DNA from: Phallusia mammillata
Lineage: Eukaryota
Length of the DNA stretch: 64,000 nt
Reading direction: 5' to 3'
Assembly (NCBI GenBank): GCA_965637545.1
Contig: OZ281494.1
Coordinates: 3,968,001-4,032,000 of the forward strand
Shown here: in pieces, positions 1 to 11,955 of the stretch
Numbering within the stretch: position 1 is the stretch's first letter
Layout of the letters: each line of letters opens with the position of its first letter
The notes under the pieces: model-generated
The model's input: only the letters and a program-made list of their open reading frames with translations
Told to the model about the DNA's origin: nothing
Databases searched by the model: none
Program-made: the position numbers and the translations under genes

Positions 1-1
1 G

Positions 2-330
2 CAGGGGTGTCCAAACTGTGGCCCGCGGGCCAAATGCGGCCCCCCGACGGCATTTTAAGTGGCCCGCGGCTGTTTTTTTAAATTATGTTGCGTATGGCCC
101 GCCATAGTTTGGAACTTTGTATTAAGTTTTTGGGTTTTGGCGACGCTACTTCACGCAAAAGCTTTCCATGGAACTTCATTTACCGGTAAAAAGGAAGGTG
201 CTGACTCAACAAAATCACAAAATTTCCTTAAATCCTGTAAATTTGTGTCTTAATTCTGAAATAACGTTGGCCCGCGGGCGTCATTACCTGGTAAAATTTG
301 GCCCCGTTAAAAAAAGTTTGGACACCCCTG
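2..330. mobile_element. hAT (Charlie-like) non-autonomous MITE
   Basis: Perfect 16-bp TIRs CAGGGGTGTCCAAACT (2-17) / AGTTTGGACACCCCTG (315-330), with subterminal GGCCCGCG motifs. The right flank ATCTAGAG fits the NTCTAGAN target preference of hAT-Charlie elements; the left TSD is mostly outside the window. Confidence 0.85.
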
Positions 331-497
331 ATCTAGAGGGTAGACAAACGTTTAATTTCCGTTGCCACATAAGTAGCCTATATTTCCAAATCACCACATT
401 TGGCACACTCGCACAGTAAAGGAAATTAACATGTTGCAAACTGGGTTGAAATTGAAAATTTCCAACAGAAATTATAGTGAGAAGTCAGATCCTTTAC

Positions 498-561
498 CTT
501 GCAAACTTGGTTTAAAGGAGACGACGGCCAGCACCACAAGTAGAGAAACAAAGGAGATCAT
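498..561 (-). CDS. Locus 0: signal-peptide exon 1 of an adhesion GPCR that continues beyond the left edge
   Basis: 64-nt exon ATG...CAAG|GT encoding MISFVSLLVVLAVVSFKPSLQ. Same length and phase as exon 1 of loci A, C, D, F and G. Confidence 0.75.
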
Positions 562-897
562 TCTGTCAACCACATGATTTCTGTAGAATACTTACGATTT
601 TGTAACACTGAGTCACCAGATTTTCACCAAATTTGGCATCACATTTATTGCAAAGGAAACCCACACAAAGTTGTGAACTGGGCCGAAAGTAAAAAGAAAT
701 TAAGACAGAAATAATACCAAGTGCGATCAGTTAACCCCCAAACAAACCCATACTGTTCTATTTATCGAATGTGGCCAAAAAACCTTGCCTGACTTTAAAC
801 CGCATAACAGAATCAAGACATTATGTATGTAGTGATTAATAAATTAACATAGTTGTGATGTTATGTTACATAGAAAAAACATTACGTCTAAGTTTAC

Positions 898-959
898 CTT
901 GCAAACTTGGTTTGAAGCAGACGACGGCCAGCATCAAGTAGAGAAACAAAGAAGCTCAT
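898..959 (-). pseudogene. Second, frameshifted signal-peptide exon upstream of locus 0
   Basis: Near-identical to exon 1 of the other copies but 62 nt instead of 64 (2-nt deletion). Preceded by the shared promoter-proximal sequence. Confidence 0.7.
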
Positions 960-2108
960 TTCCCAACTTGTTGTTTTCTGTAGTACTTACGATTTTGTAA
1001 CACTGAACCACCAGATTTTGTACAAAACCATTTTGCAACTGGTCAAATTAGACGTAATTACACTTTGTTAAGGCTTGCGACACAAACATGCAAAAAACAT
1101 AGTCATTCATGTGTAAACTACTTTTATTTCTACAAAATCATTTGAAACCAATGACAGCATTCGTCTTAGACTTAAACTGCCAGACCCACGGAGGTCCTAA
1201 ACTATTCACCTTGATATCACCTTGCATTGTATCTTTCTATTTTTAACTGACCGCAGCAACACCAGCCAGTAGCTATTCAATTCATTTATTTCGTTCACGT
1301 GCATATAGTAAGTAAGCAGTTTTGACACATTTAATGACAACGACGCAAACAAAAATGGATCAGCTGGAGCCACTAGTGGCCATTGCAAGTAGCTGACCCT
1401 ATCTATTTGAACGGTTAAATTTGGCACTGTTTATACAGGAATAAACAAGAAGGTAATAAAGGTCACAACAACGTTTGAAAATAGTAATAAGTTCTGTTCA
1501 TGTAATATCAACTCATTGCGAAGCGTTGTAAGTATAAAACAAAAGGTTCAACTTCCGGGGTCATGAGTCATGACACGAGTGTCAAAAGCATCACAACAAT
1601 TTCCTCGCAGCAATACTTGATTGATTACATGCAAGGCAGCTATGTACAAACACGAAAGCAAGACTGTATGAAAAACCTGATGCTTATTATCGGTTCTCCA
1701 CAGTTGGCCAAATCCACCTGCCTCCTGTAGCATGTTACCTATATGAATTGATTGTGAAGGTAAAATCAACTTTGAGTCAAGTCAGCAAAGGAGTTCAACA
1801 ACCTCTTCCTATCTTCGCTTTTTTCTGTGATGGTGCACTTCGTGGTCGTGGTTAAAACTTTATGAAATATATATTACTTGTTTACTTAAAAACGGTTTGT
1901 GTAACTTTCCTCCAATGTATGAGGAACGTTGTTAAATTTCAAACCCGATAAACAAAGGGCATGTTCAATATTACCCACTGGTTATTGCATCATGCTTAGT
2001 TTCTTCAACCTGGTCTTTGGGCTAAAACGGTTTACCTTAGGTTTAATATCTTGGTAGTTCAATTTTAGGGTCTTCAGTCATAACGAGTGCACAAATATCC
2101 CCCTAGAA

Positions 2109-2521
2109 CAGTGCTTCTCAACCTAATGGTCGCGACCCCCAAAGGGGTTGCCAAGCAATTCTGAAGGGCTCGCGAAGACGCAAAAAATTTTGGGAAAATT
2201 TTATTCAAACTTTCCCTGTGTCTTCTGTTCAGAGTTATAACTCACACAACATATTGATTTAGAATTCATCGTTTGCAAACATATAATCTTATACGATTGT
2301 GTTTTAGGTGTTTCTAAAATAAATACCACAAAATATTGAAAAGATTTATGGTGACATAGGCCATACCCACAATTTGAAAAGTTTTCTGTACCGCAAAGAA
2401 AACGTGACGTTCATAAACACATTATGGTAGTAAAACTTCTTAAATGTATTTGTAAAGGGTTTACGTTGTTTTAGGAAACAACTAAAGAGGTCGCAAAGTA
2501 AAAAAAAGTTAAGAACCACTG
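2109..2521. mobile_element. hAT MITE (CAGTG-ended) with 8-bp TSD
   Basis: Ends CAGTGCTTCTCAAC...GTTAAGAACCACTG; direct repeat CCCTAGAA at 2101-2108 and 2522-2529. Confidence 0.85.
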
Positions 2522-2672
2522 CCCTAGAACAATGTTAGGTGAGTACAAATACAAAAAGTTACAAGACTTAATCAAAAACGCCATTTGGACAAATCAGCCA
2601 TGTTTTACAACATTTAACCGATTCCGGGACGGACCAGAGGCAGCGTGTTGTTACGTCATAATAGAAAATAAC

Positions 2673-2849
2673 GCTTTTAGTAACGGTGTAGCTGCAGCTG
2701 GTTTATCATCTTTCCAACAATTGTGCCCTTACCTTTGTCGCGCTTTATAACGTCCCAACGTTGCGCAGCTATTTCCGGTTTGGTGAATATTTTAGCGCAA
2801 TTGTGCTGGTACGATTTGTATCACCGGCGAAATAAACTCAACTCAACTC
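2673..2849. repeat. Dispersed repeat, copy 1 (inverted copy at about 38921-39093)
   Basis: About 175 bp, highly similar to the reverse complement of 38921-39093, e.g. AATTGTGCCCTTACCTTTGTCGCGCTTTATAACGTCCCAACGTTGCGCAGCTATT. Confidence 0.8.
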
Positions 2850-5235
2850 GGTGACTTGGATGATTCACTTTCGTTCAAGACAAAATGATGTAATTTTGTG
2901 CACTAGCGTCGTCAAGCGGCAGAAAAATTTGAAAACAAAAACAGGTCTGTTGCAGTTTGCATGTCATTGTAATTAGTGATGCACCAAACCGCCTGAATGG
3001 GCAGGAACTTGGCCGAATGGTTTGGCGTGCCTGATCCATATACAGACATAAAAAACCTGACCGAGATTCGTCTCTAGGAGTGTCCTGGGTTCGAACCCGT
3101 ACAAAAATGGTGATCCGCCAAGAACCCGATTGAAAAGCATATTCTAAAACCTCTTTCTGATTCAGGTTTTTAACCATCAATGCATAAGCTTTGCTAAGCT
3201 TCCAATATTTTGCAGAAAACGTGACTTGTATTTTTTAGACGCAGCAATCAGTTAATTTATGATATTTCATCTTCGAGATATTGAAAGTTTTGGGATTAAA
3301 TGTATGCAATTAAAAAGTTCGGTTTCGGCCGGTTTTCTAAAAAATTCGAGCCGAAACCGAAACATTGGAAAACGGCATATTCGGCCGAAATGTTTCGGCC
3401 AACCGAAATATGGGTGCATCATTAACTGTAATGTGTTGGAATAATGTGGACAGTTTGGCAGAAACTTGGGCCAATTAGTCCGAGGCGTTACACTCATATG
3501 ATTCGACCTCAGGAGCGTCCTGGTTTCGAAACCCGTGAGAAAAGTGGACTTTAAAATTTAGGCAAAAATAGGGCAAAATATAAACATAATAAGAATGTGT
3601 TTACAGTGCACTCATATATTAACAAAGGTATAATTAGATGAGCAAAAATTGAACAAAATGTAATAAATTTGAGGCACGTTAAAATAAGAGCGATGACTAC
3701 AATCCAAATCCTGATCTTAAATGGTGTTTGTAGTTTGGCGTCGTTTGTCGACTTTGGCCTCTCAGGGTAAAAATGAAAATGTTTGAAATTGTTAATTGAG
3801 GAATTGCTAAAAAAAGATAGGAATCTTCGTTTAGATTGGAGTTGTTTGAAAACAATCAGTTGCTTTTGGTAGCACACATTTTAAAGTTTTTCGAATTGTT
3901 GACGGGCCTGTTAGAATGCTACACCATATACTAAATAGAAAATAACTTTCTCCAAAGCACGCTAGCCCTGTGGTATAAACTAAAATTGCCACAAAAGCCA
4001 TGGCAGAACATAAGATTAAATGACACGAAAGTTGTTTTGATTCCACCGATCCATTACAGAACAGACTTTCATCCATAGAGGAGGTACGTCAACGTAAAAC
4101 CGCATCTTAAAAGGTGTTTGTCTAGTTTGGCTATAGTTAATTAGGGTGGAAACGTGAATATTTTAAGGTGCCATTGAGGAATTGCTAAAATGATTGGAAA
4201 GCGCCGTTTTGATTGGATTTGTTCAAAAACATTTAGTTGCACACATTAAAAATGTCACTAGTTTTATACACACTCACACTTGTTTATTATCACGCTCTAA
4301 TGTCATGGTATCAGTGCAGTACAACGGGTCAAAAAGGCATGTGATATTCTGACAACATAACGCAACAACACAACATCGGTGGAGGAGCTATGGTTGAATG
4401 TGTCCTGTGTTTTCCTGATAATTTCCCGGGATCTTAATGTTAACTGGAGTCCAGAGAAGCCGAAATGGTAGGAAGTACACATGTTTTAGTTATGACATGA
4501 GAATACGTCAGTGTGTAAATAAGACAAAAACTCATTTAATTACAAAGTAAGATTACAAACATTGCAGTGAAATCAAATGCCAGACACACAGGAAGCATTA
4601 CAATACAAAAACAAGAATGCTTGCAAATGTCTACAGTGGAAAAACACTGGTGGCATCAAATGTTTGCTGGCAAAAACTAAATTCGTGTCTTTCCCACCAA
4701 GCAAAACCCAAATGTTTGTGGTTATAAGTAAAAAATAATCTTATATTAGCTAAACAATGTGTTCAATTTAAGGAATGTGGTTTCGTTGCCCGATGATTAC
4801 AAACTCATGTTTATGAACCATTTAAAATCTGCTTGTAACCAACCAATGCAAAATATAACGGAATTTACAGATGCAATGCTATGACACAAATAGTAACGAA
4901 ACGTCAAAGTCAAATCTGAAAACGAAACACACGATCTTTGCTTGATGATTATTCACTAAGTTGGGGTAACCCCTTAGAAGGCACTCAGCACTTGGGTGAG
5001 GGGCAAAGCAAGCATAAAAAAGTTCAACGTATAGTTTTTTCCAACGTTAACATTTATACAATACGATACAGTATCGAATAGCAAAATCCGACTTGGTGGT
5101 TTAGAGCTTCAACCAAATTTTATATTGTCTGAGACAACCAATGACAACCAATGACGCTTGCTCTTTCATAACATTGCACAACTGCAAACTAATTTTTTGA
5201 ACTTTCACCTCTTTTGCATATGCCTTATTTCTCTG

Positions 5236-8200
5236 CTACTGAGACCTGAAATCAGCTTCACGTTTGCACGTCGGCATTTTCTGTCTGATGTCGCCATCCA
5301 TGACGCAGTACAGCAGGAAGACGACGATTCCCTGCGATCCGTTCAGCAAGCTGTGGATCTACATAAACACCTCGTTCGAAATCTCGTTTACGATACCTGC
5401 AAAAACGATTTGTTGATAAAGCATAACCTTGAAAGTCCTAACACTGATGCAAATGTAAATGAAACTTGAAAAATTCACATGCACAAATATTACCTGTAAA
5501 GAAAGCCAAACCCCAAGTTCCACCAAGCATAAAGAAGAGCAAGATGAAAGACTTTGCAGCTCTCAAAGCATCTTCTGTCCCGGGATCTTCTCCTCTGTTC
5601 CGCATCTTCCTCGAGTGCAGCATCACATGTGTGATCTTTAGTATGATCATGGAGTTGATAAGGAGGACGAAAGCAAGAGGAGCGACGACCGTGGAGTAGA
5701 AGATCGGAGTACCGGGAGTCAACCAGCATCTGTCGTACTTTCGAACCTGAACAAATTTGTTGCATTGCTCGTACAATGATTGGGGCTTCATGTAGATGTC
5801 GAGGAGAAACCCCACAGCGAAGGATAGTCCCACTATCAATGCTGGAATGATCAACCGATAACCATGAAGATCTTAAAACGTTTTGACGCATTTTGGGTTC
5901 GAAACTTGACTGGAAACGAAGTTGCCATAAAGAGACGAATTCCTTCAACTAAAAACCACACTCCTGAAAACAAACAAATGCACCAGAACACATAATATAA
6001 GGCAATGCTTGTTACTTTATTTACCTGAAGACAGCAACAAATATTGATTGGCTGTTGTGTGAATCACACATGGAATCTCGTGCGTCACTGCAAGATCATG
6101 TGATATATTGACAGCGTGGAAAAGCAGAAGAGCCAATGACAAGCTGATTTGAACCGGAACCCGATCTCCGCTGTGTTTCGACTTGTAGAGGATTATTATG
6201 GTGGCGATCAGAAACACGACTGAAGTTTATTCTGTAGCGTAAGAGGTGATCTGAAACGAAATTTTGCATAAATGCAAGCAATTGTTTAAAAAATCACATT
6301 TAAATATTTACCTTGACCCCCTTTGGTATGGTGGTGAACTCGACAGCCAGTAAAACTGTAAACAAGGTAAGATGGTTGCACTTGCAGGTGACGTTGCCTG
6401 TTACGTCATCGGTGATTGTGACGCAACCACGATCCGAGTATTTTCTTTCCACTCTGTCGAAGAAGAGACAGATTGGTTCCAGTTTTTTTATCTTCAGGTT
6501 TTCGTGGGATATATTTCCCACTTTGATCAGCTTGCAGACCGTTTCTGGTGATGCTGGAGGTATGACGAAACTTGCCTCTCCAGGCAATTGATCGTTTATT
6601 TCATCGGTAGTTGATCGTTTGCGGCGTAAGCGCTTGAAGCTATCGGCATCCCAACCCACAATAGCAATGTAGGGTGTGTTGAACGTAGCTATGTACCGCG
6701 TTGTGGCCAATGAACCGGCTTCGATCTGTTGAGTCTGTGTAGTTTGTGTTGAGTTTATCTTGAAGACAAGCACCGCAATTATGATTTGTTTCACTCCATT
6801 TGTTTGCAGTGTAAAGTTGATGTGAGATGACCCAAGCTGAAGATTTGAGTTGTATGTTTCCTGGTTGATGTTGGTAACTACGATGTGCAGTTGAGCATCT
6901 CCGCTACTATAAGTGGTTCCGTTTGTTTGAAAATGATTTCGGGAAAAATTCTCAACTCGCATTTCGATGTTTTCTATTTCCCTCACACTTGCAGGATTTA
7001 AATTTGTCAACTCATCCAGGAATGAAGGATCTGGAACAAAACAATTCCATGGCAAGTTAGTGAAGCAGATATTTTAAGGTGTTTAGCGCTCTCCTGACAT
7101 TTTTAACCATGCAAATATTGCAAATGCAAACCGCAATGCCTTATTGCAATTAAAGTGAAAAAATACATCCCAGGCTGATCATAGTTTTAAACTGGTCAGT
7201 ATTTCAAACAAATAAACACAGAAAAGCAAAACTCCTGTGCTTTAGTTAATGATTTTATTAAATGTCCATAATATATGAGGTAAAGACGGAAACGGGTTCT
7301 TCACTACCTTGTTTGTTCCTAATTCCATTTAATGGGGTTTTGAAGTTAAGAACTAAATAATTTGATGTGAGTTGTAACGAATAAAGATCACTTCATGATT
7401 GTATACCGGTAATGGTCAGCTTAGATATAATTTATTTTCTAAAATATTGTTTTCCTCTACGTCTGGCAAACGTAGTGCGAGATTTAACAAGTTTGTGAAA
7501 CATGTCGTACACCGACTAATAACAACAAGAAATACCTTCTGGTATGGATGCATTTGCTATAATCTCAGATACAATATTTTTCAGGGTGTCACCAAAAGTG
7601 GCAAAATCGGCCAACAGTGTAACTGCGGTTTTAGCAACGGTTTGAAGTTCATAACACACAACGTCTGGTCCGATTCCAATGGCGTACACTGTAATGTTGT
7701 TGTTGCTCGTCAAATCGTAACTGTTGTAAGCAATGCAAGTGTTGTAGGTTTAATTGGTTAAGACTGGTGTTGATAGCAAAGTGTTGCAGTTACATAAAGT
7801 TTTCTTTCAGTCCTCTGTTTATGAAGACAATAAAAAAAGCTATTTTTTGGGAATTATTTTTAACGTATTTGTTTTTGTTGTGTAAAAAGAAAGGCAATGA
7901 CCGTGAGCATACACATGAATTCAATAAAATTGAAATAATTTTGATAAAGGTTGTCACTGGGGTGGATGTCGTAGCAACAATATGGTTACGAATAAAACGA
8001 AAAACAAAAAGACATTTAAAAACAAATATAAAATTGGTCATTACGCTAAATACTCACATGCTAGTCAACTCAACAGGGTTTGCTTTTCGGTATGTTGTAA
8101 GTATCAGAAATTTGTTGGAGGTTGCGGCGTTGGCTGAGCTTCTGAAATCTATCTATAAGAAGCTTTAAAGTTAAGAGCTTCTGCATTTTATATCCCGCTG

Positions 8201-9267
8201 AAACAACGCCTTACTTTGACAGCTCTCTCGATGGCGGTTCCGGTAAAAGCGTTTGTCCCAAAAGGCTAAACCATACTATTGTTTACAGCATCTTTGACAC
8301 AATGAACTGTAGTGCAATTTCCAAGAGTGGTTGGGTTGTGATAAAAGCTGTTCTCTTTGTAATCATGGCTGTCAAATAAGAATATAAAAAGTATTTATGT
8401 CAAAATCGGTGAACTTTTTCTCAAAGTAATTACAAAACCCTTTAGCACGTCGAAACTTATAACTACATGCTCTTAAAAATTGGTAAAGTAACTTTTAGGA
8501 AAAAACGCACATAACTTATTTATTTACTTGGAAATCTTGCCAACATCCAAAAATCCCGTCATGTTTTAATGCACTCCATAAAAACGAGACAAAAACGTTC
8601 ATGAGCAAATGAAGCGAACAAATATTAGGTATCTTATCTAAAACATCGCTCATGACATAAGCGTATTTTTCCAACTTAAAATGCCTGTTTTCTTCATGAA
8701 ACATTTAATAACACTTTCAAATAATTTGAAATGTAACAAACATCGAAATAGGAACTGGATAGTAAAATTAGTCATTTTTTATCTTTTATGCATGGACACT
8801 TAAAACAACGAACAAAAAATCTACAATCTTAATAAAATATAACTTAGTTTCTATCTTCGAAAACAATGCGTTAACAAAGGTAACAAAAATCTGGTAATCC
8901 TTGATAGTAATTCAATTAAACGCCTAATACGGCCGTAACCTCTATATATTTTCTTTCTTTAATTAAATTGTGCCACATAAATACGTTTTAGATTCGCAAA
9001 AGTCAACACACATCTTATATTAAGGATGTTGCAAACTGGGCCGAAGTTGGTTGGAAATTAGGACGGAAATGATAGTGAGAATTCAAATTCGAATTAAACC
9101 CGTTTTATTCAAATTTAAACTGGAAAGCCCGACCCGTTATAAAAATATAAACTGTCGCGTTAGTTCACATAAAGTATAGAAAAAACACCATGTTAGAGTT
9201 CACCTTGCAAACTTGGTTTGAAGCAGACGACGGCCAGCAGCACAAGTAGAGAAACAAAGAAGCTCAT
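5236..9267 (-). pseudogene. Locus A: VWA-GAIN-7TM adhesion GPCR pseudogene
   Basis: Exons 9267-9204 (SP), exon 2 deleted, 8368-8215 (TAG at 8266-8268), 8152-8058, 7720-7536, 7030-6312 (GAIN, CKCNHL|TLF), 6250-6025 (TAA at 6227-6229), 5963-5494 (470 nt vs 471 in paralogs; 1-nt deletion in the TM4 Trp codon), 5396-5236 (TAG at 5359-5361). Confidence 0.9.
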
Positions 9268-10053
9268 TTTCTTAACCTATTGCTTTCTGCAGAATACTTA
9301 CGATTTTGCAGCACAGAACTACCAGATTTTGTACAAAACCAAAATGTTTAAAACTGTGCTTAATATAGACGTAATTAAAATTTGTAAATAACACAAACAT
9401 ACAGAACACATAGTCATTCAGCTGTAAATTACTTAAATTCTACAAAATCACTTGAAACCAATGACAGCCTTCGTATTAGACTTACAATAGCAGATCGACA
9501 AAGCTCCTAAATCTTTTACACCTCGTTATCACCTTGCATCCCGTCTTACCATTTTCAACTAACCACAGCCACATGAGCCAGTATCTATATACAAGCACGG
9601 AAGCAACAAGATTGTATGAAAAACGCTGATTGTTATTATCAGTTCCCCACACTCGGCCAATCCACCTGCCGAATGCCGTTTGCAGCTCGTTATCCTTTGA
9701 TTGAAACTGTAAACAACACAGCAATTGCAATGATGATCCAGCATTTTGTACATAAATATGTTTTATTGCTGGCGGAATCGTCTATGTAAAACTCCTGGTA
9801 TTTAATTTAACAACGCGATTTTTTCATTTTGTGGGACTTTCTCAAATTAATCGCACATTGCTTTTGTACGTTTCGCAAAAAGGTTTTAAAATTGTACTGA
9901 CTCTAGACTCTAGAGTCTAGAGTAATAAAGTACATAGTCCAGAGCTTGATATTTCGATCGACGCTTAATGTTTTGTAAAGCGTTTAAAGTGTTCTTTGGT
10001 TTTATTGTGGTTCGAATCCGTATTTTTTTTACCTATTTATTTGTCTTTGACAG

Positions 10054-10128
10054 ATCCGACAACAGCGTTTACCAATAGCCAACCACTCTTGGAAGTTGCA
10101 TCACAGTTCAATGCATCAAAGATGTTGT
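10054..10128 (+). pseudogene. Isolated relic of VWA exon 3
   Basis: TTTGACAG acceptor followed by about 70 nt aligning to exon 3 of the VWA copies (ACCACTCTTGGAAGTTGCATCACAGTTCAATGCATCAAAGATG). Confidence 0.75.
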
Positions 10129-10225
10129 TATTTCGGTGGTTTCTCTTCCTGTTTAACTCTCCCTATTTCCCTTACGCGGGTGGTTAGCTTTTAGGTTTCA
10201 ACTCGACTGGTTCCACCAACGTTGC

Positions 10226-10290
10226 TTTTGTTTAGCATTACACCAGTTGAACGACAAATTTATTAAATATGCTACCTGGTGGACGAAACG
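10226..10290 (+). mobile_element. Relic of the same putative Penelope-like repeat as at 63.6 kb
   Basis: TTTTGTTTAGCATTACACCAGTTGAACGACAAATTTATTAAATA matches the reverse complement of about 63560-63605. It is followed by CTGGTGGACGAAACG, identical to the 3' half of the hammerhead motif. Confidence 0.6.
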
Positions 10291-10863
10291 CTTGTTCAGT
10301 ATTTTCCGATTATTATTAATGGAAAAATGAGCAGCAAAATAGGCACTATATCAAAACAAGCGTGTACACCTTGGCTCGTAAATTTGCCGCGTCTACGCTT
10401 CGATATTCCTAATTACTACTACGTAGCCAAGTGTTTTGACGAAACAAACCTACAAAACGACTCAAAATTTTTCGTAAAACAAACTCGGGTTGTATATATG
10501 ACGTCACAAATTAATATTGATAAAATCAAACTGTATGAAAGACGTAAAAAAGTAATTGGTGAGGTAAACACAATTATTGAAAATTTGTTACTGTATTTGG
10601 TGTCGCGACAAGGAAAGTCAAAGTTATCCACTGTTTCATGCAGATGTGCAAACCAGTATCAAAGCAATCCATTACGGTGTTCCAGCCGGAACAGTAAGTC
10701 GGGGCAGGCTTTGATTTGTTCAAAAAACTGTCGTGACTCGGGTCAGAATTTACATTCTGTGACTGTTTTTGCTGGACTTTACCTAATGTCCAACAGCCCA
10801 AAGAGGTTTTGTGTTGGCCATTGTCTATTATTATTTACCATTTTGTATGTATTTTTCTTATAG

Positions 10864-10985
10864 GCCTGTCAATTAAACTTTAGGAGTTAACCGGGATTCT
10901 AAAAAAACGATTTGGGTTCAGGCCGGGCTTCAGGCTTATACTTTTAGGTTCTGGCTCGCTTGTAACTCTGATTCCAATCCACGCT
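10864..10985 (+). repeat. Dispersed repeat (second copy at about 57850-57990)
   Basis: GCCTGTCAATTAAACTTTAGGAG...AAAAAACGATTTGGGTTCAGGCCGGG is similar to GCCTGTCAATCAAACTTTCGGG...AAAAACGACTCGGGTTCGGCCCGG. Confidence 0.6.
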
Positions 10986-11302
10986 ATGAAGGGCAACAAC
11001 CGATCGTACAGCTTATGGTTGCTTTTGAATTTATCCGCCGCTAGATGATGCTGGTTGACAGAATTGCCATTGTTTTCTGTCTTAAATGAAATTGAATCTT
11101 CCAAGGCGCGCGATTTAAAGTTGTGAACAAGATTTTCCGCTGGTCTGCCCTCGACGCGGTCAAATGTTGTAAAATGTAGCTGAACAGGCCAAGGAATGTT
11201 TTTTGGAAAAATGAAAGTTGTATTTGTGTAATGTTGTATATAAAACATATTGCTTGGTGCAGTTTCAGAAACTTTAATTGTGCACTGTATTGCGATTTAT
11301 AC

Positions 11303-11324
11303 ATATATATATATATATATATAT
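11303..11324. repeat. (AT)n microsatellite
   Basis: About 11 AT units seen directly. Confidence 0.9.
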
Positions 11325-11955
11325 GCGACAAGCGACATAAAGTTGCAACAAGAATAATATTGTTGCGGCGAAACAGAACATTCCAATACATACCTTCTAT
11401 ATAAAGTTATTATCACTGATATTTTTGTCACGTTAAACGCAGCAGACTTTTGTCCAAGAGAAGTCGTGTATTTTAGGCTTACTCTTTGCGTAAAAAATTT
11501 TCTAGTTTAAGATTTAGTGCGCACTGACTCTATTTTAAAAGTGTTTTCAGGTAGATGTTTTGCAAGTTACCTTTATCTAGAAATCAATATTTTTGTGTTT
11601 ATTAGTTTGATTTAATCCACCATGAAAGAATTTGATTCTAATCCTTTTCAGCTTCTTTCCATTTGTTTCCTACAAAACGAAAAACGCACTGTGTACGTCT
11701 GGAATCGGTTCATGCCGTTTTACGCATTTCCTTATACTTTCTGAGATGTGGAGCTGGTTGATTTATAACCCGGCACATTTGCTTGTCCTATTGTGTCTAA
11801 TATAAGTCATGTGGTATTATTACTGACGCAGTTGTTGGTTTTCGGCAATTTACCTAAAACATTGCTCAGAAATTTACCTTTAAATTTTCCCAAACCGTTT
11901 AAGTCATCCGACATCACTAAAGTTAAGTTCAGGGCTTTATATTACTGAAGCAGAC

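Noticed and set aside
3318-3410. Cluster of CCGAAA/TTTCGG inverted motifs
   Set aside because: Single short low-complexity palindromic patch with no TSD, ribozyme core or spacer structure; not a CRISPR array.
5158-5699. Plus-strand ORFs over locus A and similar antisense ORFs over the other 7TM and GAIN exons
   Set aside because: They are shadow frames of the receptor exons and recur only because the exons are duplicated.
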